Part shown: positions 28,636-35,825 of the stretch, piece after piece
Layout of the letters: the number at the start of each line of letters is the position of its first letter
How positions within the stretch are numbered: position 1 is the stretch's first letter
NCBI GenBank assembly: GCA_002373935.1
Contig: DFKW01000002.1
Coordinates: 4,819-68,818, forward strand
DNA: 64,000 nt
From: Alphaproteobacteria bacterium UBA3635
GTDB lineage: Bacteria; Pseudomonadota; Alphaproteobacteria; Rs-D84
Direction: 5' to 3'
Made by a program: the position numbers and the translations under genes
The notes under the pieces: generated by a model
Database searches by the model: none
The model's input: only the letters and a program-made list of their open reading frames with translations
What the model was told of the DNA's origin: nothing

Positions 28636-28682
28636 ATCGCCCTGCGATTTTTTAATGGCAAACTTTGTTTAATTCTAAAAAT

Positions 28683-30371
28683 ATGAAAGATTTATCCAAA
28701 GGTTTATTTAATCCGGTGGCAAACGAAGATTTCGTTGCCATGTTTGACAAAAATTACGGCACCCAGGAAACACTTCAGGGTTTCGCAACCAAGGGCACGG
28801 TCAAAGACATCCGTGGCGATTTCGTTTTGGTTGATGTGGGCCTGAAATCCGAGGGTCGCGTTCCATTAAAAGAATTCGGCGCATCTGTCCCCGCCGTTGG
28901 TGACATCATTGATGTTTTCGTTGAAAGATACGAATCTCGCGAGGGTACCGCCGTTTTATCTTATGCCAAGGCACGCGCCGAAAAGGCATGGAAAGATTTG
29001 GAAAAAATTGTTGCCGAAGGCATCGACCCAACCGGCACAATTATCGATGTTGTCCGTGGTGGTTATACCGTCGACATCAATGGCGTATTTGCATTTATGC
29101 CGTCATCTCAAATTGACCACAAACCTGTTCGCGATGCGAAATCTATGATTGGTTTGACCGACAAATTCCGTGTTTTGAAAATGGATGCGTTGCGTACAAA
29201 CGCGATTGTTTCCCGTCGTGCAATCCAGGCCGACACAATCGCCGCCCAACAAAAAGAGGCGATGAAAAACATCGAATTGGGCGCCGTTTTGGAAGGTACC
29301 GTCAAAAACATCACCGATTATGGTGTCTTTGTTGATTTGGGCGGAATCGATGGTTTGTTGCATGTGACGGACTTGTCATGGAAACGCGTCAATCACCCAC
29401 GTGAATTGGTTCATGTTGGCGACAAGATAAAGGTCAAAGTTATCCAATTCGACCCGGAAACACACCGTATTTCATTGGGCGCAAAACAATTAGAAGACGA
29501 CCCATGGGAAACAGCGTCCCGCGCATTTAATGTTGGCGATACCGTTTCCGGCCGTGTTGCATCCATCACCGATTACGGCGCATTTATCGATTTGGGCAAT
29601 AATATCGAGGGCCTGGTCCACATGTCTGAATTGTCATGGACAAACAAAAACATCCACCCCAGCAAGGTTTTATCCGTTGGCCAGGATGTTAATGTTGTAG
29701 TTTTGGACATTGACCAAGAAAAACGTCGTATTTCGTTGGGTTATAAACAATTACAACCAAACCCGTGGAAACAATTTGCCGAAACACACAATGTTGGCGA
29801 TATTGTGACGGGTCCAATTAAAAACACGACTGAATTTGGTTTGTTTATTGCATTGACACCTGATTTAGACGGTATGGTTCACATTTCCGACCTGTCTTGG
29901 AATAAATTGGACGAAGAAGAATTGAAAAAATTCGTTCGTGGCCAAGAAGTGACGGCGAAAATTTTGGACATCAATCCGGACAAAGAACGTGTCACATTGG
30001 GCATTAAACAATTAACCGAAAGTGCGGAAAACAATAACATCGCAATCAAGAAAGGCGCGGTTGTATCGGGCACAGTTTCCGAAATCACACCGGACGAATT
30101 GATTGTGAAATTGGCGGGCGATGCGCGTGGCGTTATCCGTCGCACGGACCTGTCGCGTGTTAAATCCGAACAAGATACATCCAAATACAATGTTGGCGAC
30201 ACTGTCGAGGCATCGGTTGTATCCGTCGAAGATAACACGGTCAAATTGTCCATCCGTCACTTACAGGTGACATTGGAAAAACAAGCGGTCAAAGAATTCG
30301 CGAACGAGGCCGATTCTGGTTCTGTCTTGGGCGACATCTTGGGCGCTGCCATTGAAAACAGCAAGAAATAA
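28683..30371 (+). CDS. rpsA: 30S ribosomal protein S1
   Basis: 562 aa from ATG 28683; the track TTG 18 nt upstream is less likely. Six S1 OB-fold repeats. Confidence 0.95.
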   Translation: MKDLSKGLFNPVANEDFVAMFDKNYGTQETLQGFATKGTVKDIRGDFVLVDVGLKSEGRVPLKEFGASVPAVGDIIDVFVERYESREGTAVLSYAKARAEKAWKDLEKIVAEGIDPTGTIIDVVRGGYTVDINGVFAFMPSSQIDHKPVRDAKSMIGLTDKFRVLKMDALRTNAIVSRRAIQADTIAAQQKEAMKNIELGAVLEGTVKNITDYGVFVDLGGIDGLLHVTDLSWKRVNHPRELVHVGDKIKVKVIQFDPETHRISLGAKQLEDDPWETASRAFNVGDTVSGRVASITDYGAFIDLGNNIEGLVHMSELSWTNKNIHPSKVLSVGQDVNVVVLDIDQEKRRISLGYKQLQPNPWKQFAETHNVGDIVTGPIKNTTEFGLFIALTPDLDGMVHISDLSWNKLDEEELKKFVRGQEVTAKILDINPDKERVTLGIKQLTESAENNNIAIKKGAVVSGTVSEITPDELIVKLAGDARGVIRRTDLSRVKSEQDTSKYNVGDTVEASVVSVEDNTVKLSIRHLQVTLEKQAVKEFANEADSGSVLGDILGAAIENSKK

Positions 30372-30390
30372 TTTTATATCTCTTGCACAT

Positions 30391-30424
30391 AAAAAATCCC
30401 GGTAATTTTATCGGGATTTTTTTT
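30391..30424 (+). terminator. rpsA terminator
   Basis: ATCCCG...CGGGAT hairpin followed by a T-run of eight or more. Confidence 0.8.
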
Positions 30425-30507
30425 ACCGCCACTTTCCGGACATTTATCTTTACCGCGCCCCCTCGGACATTCCCCGTCGCCAATTTTTACCGAGGTAAAA
30501 CCGAGGA

Positions 30508-30583
30508 TAAAAAATTGAGCGCCGCGCCGTAGCATTGTTCGTTTTTTAAGAAAAAAACTTTACTGTTATCGGCGAAGGCGGGC
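30508..30583 (+). repeat. 76-nt repeat family, copy B
   Basis: Identical to the reverse complement of copy E (54342-54417). Confidence 0.85.
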
Positions 30584-30627
30584 AAACCATCACGTCAGCG
30601 AAACAGACGGGACAGTGCAAAAAAATA

Positions 30628-30657
30628 TTGCACACGCAAAAAATTTTTTTCTATAAT
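30628..30657 (+). promoter_or_regulatory. Candidate sigma70 promoter of the modular-protein gene
   Basis: TTGCAC, 18-nt spacer, TATAAT. The paralogous leader has the same architecture (TTGCAA-18-TATAAT). Confidence 0.6.
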
Positions 30658-30978
30658 GCAAATGTGAATCCAAAAAAAACTAAGGGAGTTGGATTCCGGT
30701 GGCTTTAGCAGGCCTGTATATCCGGTGCAAGATTTGCATCGTGACTCTCCCACACTCGCCCGATTCGATTCGGCGGGGTTGTGTTTGTCGCATTTCATTT
30801 TTTGCACCGACATTTATTTATCGTCGGTAAAAAAAAATTACCCGGATTTATAAATGCAGATTTTTCCCATGTGATAACCCCTGAAGCGAAATTATGTTTC
30901 GTCGGGGTGCCGCGGTGTCGGATAAAAACGCCCGTGGAATCATTGATATACTGATTTGCTAACACCCCGGCCGTATTC

Positions 30979-31009
30979 CCGTTGGATTCCCAGCGGTTTT
31001 TTTATTTTT
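30979..31009 (+). terminator. Terminator-like hairpin plus T-run inside the leader (candidate attenuator)
   Basis: CCGTTGG-ATTC-CCAGCGG then TTTTTTTATTTTT, about 50 nt before the ATG. The T-run block is conserved in the paralogous leader. Confidence 0.45.
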
Positions 31010-31060
31010 GCAATCGCGAAAATAGAAAAACGCAGAACCAAAAGAACGGGGAGAAAAGTT

Positions 31061-32863
31061 ATGAGAAAAATTTTATTGGGATTGGTTGGGGTTGTCTGTG
31101 CATTATTCGCGGTGCCGGCGCACGCCGCATTACCTGGTGGATATACTGAATTAGAGTATATCGAAAGCACCGGGACACAGTATTTGGATTTGGATACCGG
31201 TACACAAACAGGTGTGTTCAAAATTATTGCCGATGTGTATGCAGCGGGTTCTACAAGTTGGCAATATTTATTTGGTTATTCAACAGATACTGGTGGCAGC
31301 CCTTTAGGTGTTTGGGTTTCAAACAACAAGATAAAAGAAACTTTTGCAGCTGGGAACGGAAATGTTATCGCAGATGTGAACAAATGGGAACATATAGATA
31401 TAACTAATTCGGACACTGTCACGATATCTGATTTTTATATATTTCATGTAAATCCGACCGGTATTACAAGTTATACAATTAATCCTGGAAGGATTAAATA
31501 TTTACAATTAAAAAAAGATGGAGACACTATTCGCGATATGGTCTCGGCGAAACGGAACAGCGACGGCGCGATTGGTATGTACGACACGGTTGGCGGGCGG
31601 TTTTATACCAATGCCGGGACTGGCACTTTCATTGCCGGCCCCGAAACAACAGGCCCATGTGCGAATATGTTTAATTTATCAATCATAACACAGGGGCTAA
31701 TAAATTCTAAAAACGGTGAATTCTCAGCAACGGAAGAACTTTATTATTCAACTGATTACGTGTCTATTACAGCAAATACAGCATATGTTTTATCGCCTGC
31801 AAAACTAGGTTCGTCTCTTTATGGTTTGGCTTGGTTCAATTCAAATAAACAATATATTTCTGGAAGTTTATACAGTGGTGAAAATTCACAAAAGTTTGTT
31901 GCACCAAATAACGCAAAATACGTAAGGTTTAGTGTGTACGAACCTTATGCGACAGAAACATCTTTCAAACCCGCGTCATGTGTCGAGATTCAGGTTGCGA
32001 CGACGAAATATGTTGAAACGCAGTTTAGTGATTTAGGGACACGGTTGGCGGCGGCGGTCGCGACGGTGAACACCGTTGTCACGAACACTATCAATCAGGC
32101 GGCGAGTATTGCGACACTGCAATCGGGGAAGCAAACCCGCCCAGCGAACGACACCTGTCCCGCCGGCAAGAAATGCCTGCTGGTCACCGACGAAAATAAT
32201 GTTCCCCACTGGTACGAAATATTCGACCCGATAAACCGCTGGATGGAGGCATTTTTCAAAACAAACCCGGACGGACAATATGTCGATGGTGGCGCAGATT
32301 TCCGCCGGTGGCAGGGCAACCCAGATTTCCGCAAAACATATATTGATGGTTCAACATCTGTCTATGTTCGGCAATGGACGGAGGCGTCGCCCGTACGCAC
32401 GGTTGGCGGCATGTATCAAACTTTGCCCGCGGGTGATATTGAAAACGCGGGTTCTTGGGCGGTTGAATGGGATGGGACCGAGGGCGACATCGACGCGGGC
32501 GCGGTGTACGGTATTGCAAAATGCACGTCTGTGGCGGGGACATTTGCCAATAAATTGACATCGGCGAACGAGAGCGCGTTCTATGAATTGCCGGCACCGG
32601 TGGGTCAAACGGACCGCACGGGATATGAACGGGAAAACTTTAAACAGTGCTGGTGCAAGATGACGGCGGTTGGTGTCCCTGGCGAGGATGGAACGGCTGC
32701 AAACGGGGATGTTTACCCTGTAAACCAGTCGTCCTCTGCGTGGGTCTTCGCCGACACGTACGGTTCGGCCGCCAATTGTGCGAACATCTGTGCGTACGAC
32801 TGCGCGGACCGCGTCCGTCTTAGCGCGTCGTTTCGGTCTGCGGTGTTTGGATTATCGGAGTGA
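31061..32863 (+). CDS. Large secreted modular protein, paralog 1 (600 aa; module order A-B-C-D)
   Basis: ATG 31061 after a GGGGAGAAAAG SD; the track start 30956 lies in the leader hairpin. Signal peptide MRKILLGLVGVVCALFAVPAHA. Shares the GYTELEYIESTGTQY, RNSDGAIGMYDTV..TNAGTGTF and ATTKY..IATLQSGKQTRPANDTCP..PHWYEI modules with 51408-53537. Confidence 0.8.
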   Translation: MRKILLGLVGVVCALFAVPAHAALPGGYTELEYIESTGTQYLDLDTGTQTGVFKIIADVYAAGSTSWQYLFGYSTDTGGSPLGVWVSNNKIKETFAAGNGNVIADVNKWEHIDITNSDTVTISDFYIFHVNPTGITSYTINPGRIKYLQLKKDGDTIRDMVSAKRNSDGAIGMYDTVGGRFYTNAGTGTFIAGPETTGPCANMFNLSIITQGLINSKNGEFSATEELYYSTDYVSITANTAYVLSPAKLGSSLYGLAWFNSNKQYISGSLYSGENSQKFVAPNNAKYVRFSVYEPYATETSFKPASCVEIQVATTKYVETQFSDLGTRLAAAVATVNTVVTNTINQAASIATLQSGKQTRPANDTCPAGKKCLLVTDENNVPHWYEIFDPINRWMEAFFKTNPDGQYVDGGADFRRWQGNPDFRKTYIDGSTSVYVRQWTEASPVRTVGGMYQTLPAGDIENAGSWAVEWDGTEGDIDAGAVYGIAKCTSVAGTFANKLTSANESAFYELPAPVGQTDRTGYERENFKQCWCKMTAVGVPGEDGTAANGDVYPVNQSSSAWVFADTYGSAANCANICAYDCADRVRLSASFRSAVFGLSE

Positions 32864-32944
32864 TATTCGATTAATGCCTTTTGATTTTATTTGGTGGCCC
32901 CGAAACCAACTCCCAATCAGAAAAAGGCCTTGCCAGATAAAATC

Positions 32945-32978
32945 AAAAAAACACCCCGATAACTCGGGGTGTTTTTTG
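32945..32978 (+). terminator. Terminator of paralog 1
   Basis: ACACCCCG-ATAACT-CGGGGTGT followed by TTTTT. Confidence 0.8.
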
Positions 32979-33005
32979 TACAACGGCGCGATGCGCCGGG
33001 ATGAC

Positions 33006-33084
33006 GAACTGCCCCGTCTTGCGACTTTGTCGCAATCCACCCCTTCTTTTTGTGCTGACGCACAGAAAAGACGGGGAATGTCCG
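33006..33084 (+). repeat. Partial third copy of the distal leader segment (GAACTGCCCCGTCT ... GACGGGGAATGTCC)
   Basis: Both motifs are identical to 54307-54320 and 54446-54459, but spaced ~50 nt apart instead of ~125 nt. Inverted relative to 30465-30611. Confidence 0.6.
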
Positions 33085-33153
33085 GGAGAAGGCACTGGTG
33101 AATTCGTCGCCGGCCCAACCCTCCGGCAGAAGGGGGAACTTGCCCGTTTTTTT

Positions 33154-34416
33154 TTACAATACAATAAACATATTCGGATGGGATGATAAATATTCTATGC
33201 CATCATCCAATGCGCGCCGATATTCCAAAAACCGCTTTTTATTCGCATCGTCCAAATTATTTATCGCCGGTAATTTCACCGTCAACGGATTTACGTGTTT
33301 GCCATCCTTGATTATTTCATAATGCAAATGTGGCCCCGTTGACAATCCCGTCGAACCCGAATATCCGATAATCTGACCCTGTTTTACAACGGTGCCAACA
33401 TTTACCCCCTTGGCAAATCGGGACATATGCGCGTACAAAGTTTCAAACGAACCATTATGACGGATGCGCACGAAATTACCATGACCACTGTTATATCCGC
33501 GTTTCACGACGCGTCCCGCCCCGGCGGATGGAATTGGTGTTCCGGTTGGCGCACGGAAATCAACACCCTTGTGTGCGCGGGTGAACCCCAGCACGGGATG
33601 TTTACGCCGGGTTTGAAAACTGCTGGTGACTTTGGCATTATTGATTGGGGTTCGCTTTAACGATTTAATTGCACCATCGCCCTTTTCATTATAAAATCCA
33701 ACACTGCCATCTTTTTTCTTGAACCGATACATTTTCACATTTCCGCGCAGTGCATCAAAAGATACCGCCAAAATATGCCCGTTATCAACATGCGTGCCAG
33801 ATGAAAAATTTTCTTCGTATAATACCGAAAACCGCTGACCGGCACGAACATCGCGCTCAAAGTCCATTTCAAATGCCAGCAAATCATACACATCCGCCAA
33901 TACCCCCGCCGGAATTCCCGCACGCATGCCCGCCAAATAAAAACTGTCCCCGTCCAAAATCACACCCGATTTATACACCGCACGCGTATCGCGTTCCACA
34001 TCCACCGTATTGCATTTCCACGCACCGGTATCATCGCAAGTCAATTCAACCATACGCCATGGGGACGGAATAACCACAATTTTATTCACCGGCGATTCGG
34101 CCGTCGCACGTACAAACTCGATTTTATCGCGATCCGCACGTAATCCCGACACACCATTAGATTTTAACACCCGCACAATTTCATTTATCTGCGTGTGCGA
34201 CAACCCCTGTTTCGACAACAGTCCCGACAAAGTGTCGCCCGACGCCACAACAACAACCGTTTTACATGTGTCAGCCGACACGACATTTTTTTCCGCCGCA
34301 CCCGGCGCACGATGGGACACAACAACAAAACACGCAACCAAGGTCAGCAATACCGCCAACGCAATAATAATCTTGGTCAAAACTGATGGATTCAGATATT
34401 CTTTTACTTTTTTCAT
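33154..34416 (-). CDS. M23-family peptidoglycan DD-metalloendopeptidase (MepM-like)
   Basis: 420 aa from ATG 34416. N-terminal TM anchor and an active-type M23 domain (AHKGVDFRAPTGTPI, GPHLHYEI). Confidence 0.85.
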   Translation of the reverse strand: MKKVKEYLNPSVLTKIIIALAVLLTLVACFVVVSHRAPGAAEKNVVSADTCKTVVVVASGDTLSGLLSKQGLSHTQINEIVRVLKSNGVSGLRADRDKIEFVRATAESPVNKIVVIPSPWRMVELTCDDTGAWKCNTVDVERDTRAVYKSGVILDGDSFYLAGMRAGIPAGVLADVYDLLAFEMDFERDVRAGQRFSVLYEENFSSGTHVDNGHILAVSFDALRGNVKMYRFKKKDGSVGFYNEKGDGAIKSLKRTPINNAKVTSSFQTRRKHPVLGFTRAHKGVDFRAPTGTPIPSAGAGRVVKRGYNSGHGNFVRIRHNGSFETLYAHMSRFAKGVNVGTVVKQGQIIGYSGSTGLSTGPHLHYEIIKDGKHVNPLTVKLPAINNLDDANKKRFLEYRRALDDGIEYLSSHPNMFIVL

Positions 34417-34437
34417 GTTGCATATTATAATCGATTT

Positions 34438-35211
34438 ATGACAACAAATCAAGCGTTCAAGATTTTATCAAATATCGCCGGACCGCATGTTGCACGCATA
34501 ATAACCGATGCCATGCCAAATATGGGGTGTCTGCAATTATTTCGCGTGTCGTGCGCGTTGCGACGCGGCGTGCCTGTTGCAAAAATCATACACAACAAAT
34601 GGTTTTACGGATTAAAATTTTATACAAACAAACACACATTGGACCCGCGCCCAGATACCGAAACCTTGGTTGATGCCGTGTTAACTGATTACGCGGGCGC
34701 AAAAAATTTCACCATTGCCGATATAGGCACCGGTACGGGGTGCATAATTTGTGCTATTGCAAAAAACGCGCCCGCCACCGGCATCGCAATTGATAAATCG
34801 CGCGCGGCATTACGCGTTGCACGCAAAAATGTATGTGAACTGGGGTTGGGCGACAAAATATCTGTGCGACATGGCGATTTTAATCGAGTGTCGGCTTTGC
34901 CAGAAAAATCAGTTGATGTAATTGTGTCAAACCCGCCCTATATTGCACACGGCGACACACGTGTTGATACGGGCGCAATGCATGATCCGAAAATGGCACT
35001 GTTTGCAAAAAACAATGGCACGGCGGCATATATGGCAATCGCAAAAAATGGAAAACAATGGATTCGCGACAACGGACGCATTTATGTTGAAATTGGAATT
35101 GGTATGGAACATGATGTTAAAAAAATTTTCGAAGATGCCGGTTGGCGATTTATTAAACACGCAACCGATTTAGGCGACGTTATTCGCGTTCTGTGTTTTG
35201 GGATGAAATAA
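34438..35211 (+). CDS. prmC: Release-factor glutamine N5-methyltransferase
   Basis: 257 aa. DIGTGTGCI SAM motif, NPPY, and LDPRPDTE. Confidence 0.85.
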   Translation: MTTNQAFKILSNIAGPHVARIITDAMPNMGCLQLFRVSCALRRGVPVAKIIHNKWFYGLKFYTNKHTLDPRPDTETLVDAVLTDYAGAKNFTIADIGTGTGCIICAIAKNAPATGIAIDKSRAALRVARKNVCELGLGDKISVRHGDFNRVSALPEKSVDVIVSNPPYIAHGDTRVDTGAMHDPKMALFAKNNGTAAYMAIAKNGKQWIRDNGRIYVEIGIGMEHDVKKIFEDAGWRFIKHATDLGDVIRVLCFGMK

Positions 35212-35818
35212 ACCACGGGTTATTTTGACGCAGCCACCCAATCGTCGTATGCATACCATGCCCATGAATTACCGTCACATCATCCGCCAAATTCATATCA
35301 TATAAACGACGGATGGATTCAAATAACTGTTTCGCATCCCCACCCGGCAAATCATATCGACCCACAGATTCTTGGAAAATTGTATCCCCAACCAACAATA
35401 CTTTATATTCTGCAAACCAAAACATCACGCCACCCGGCGTATGACCCGGCGCGGGAATAATCTGCATTTTTACCCCTGTCAAAATTTCAACTTCGCCCGT
35501 CGGCATCGGCACAGGTCGTTTATAATCGGGCGCAATATGCGGCAAATGGAACATATCCAAAAAATCATTTGCACCACGAATTAAAAAATTATCATCACGC
35601 GACAAAAACCAATCAACACCCCCATCAAGCGCCAATCCAGGTGCCGCCGATATATGATCGGGATGCCCATGCGTTGCATATATCGCACGCAGATTTAATC
35701 CGCGTTCTTGCAACATATCGCGCCATGCGTCCGCCTCCCCCCACGCGTCAAACACGACACAATCCGCGCCACGTGACACCAATACAGAATTAGTGTTTTC
35801 TGGCGCCATCATCAGCAT
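35180..35818 (-). CDS. MBL-fold metallo-hydrolase (glyoxalase II-like)
   Basis: 212 aa from ATG 35818. THGHPDH metal motif. The upstream part of the track ORF overlaps ftsH and was trimmed. Confidence 0.8.
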   Translation of the reverse strand: MLMMAPENTNSVLVSRGADCVVFDAWGEADAWRDMLQERGLNLRAIYATHGHPDHISAAPGLALDGGVDWFLSRDDNFLIRGANDFLDMFHLPHIAPDYKRPVPMPTGEVEILTGVKMQIIPAPGHTPGGVMFWFAEYKVLLVGDTIFQESVGRYDLPGGDAKQLFESIRRLYDMNLADDVTVIHGHGMHTTIGWLRQNNPWFISSQNTERE

Positions 35819-35825
35819 TTCAAAT

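Larger units (their letters stand above)
30465..31032 (+). promoter_or_regulatory. Conserved ~570-bp leader/upstream module, copy 1 (paralog at 53893-54459, inverted)
   Basis: Block-wise alignment to the reverse complement of 53893-54459, including a 110-bp perfect stretch, a shared promoter, shared hairpins and a shared T-rich hairpin near the end. Confidence 0.8.

Noticed and set aside
30800-30840. ACCGAC...GTCGGT hairpin in the leader as an intrinsic terminator
   Set aside because: It is preceded by T's and followed by an A-run on the plus strand, so it has no U-tract in either transcriptional direction. It is conserved in the paralogous leader, so it is more likely a structural element.
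30956-31060. N-terminal extensions of the two modular-protein ORFs given in the track (starts at 30956 and 53645)
   Set aside because: The extensions run through the conserved T-rich leader hairpin or the leader insert. Both proteins have an internal MRKIL... start with an SD and a proper signal peptide.
31994-32232. Idea that the conserved module C (with 52396-52640) mediates inversion that swaps the C-terminal halves of the two convergent paralogs, shufflon-like
   Set aside because: DNA identity across module C is only about 75-80 percent. The longest perfect runs I could find are about 14 bp, too short for efficient homologous recombination, and no recombinase or specific site is evident.
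32852-33186. Several 60-107-aa ORFs on both strands in the 32.86-33.19 kb intergenic region
   Set aside because: They cover a terminator and GC-rich palindromic repeats and overlap one another in different frames. None has start-site support.
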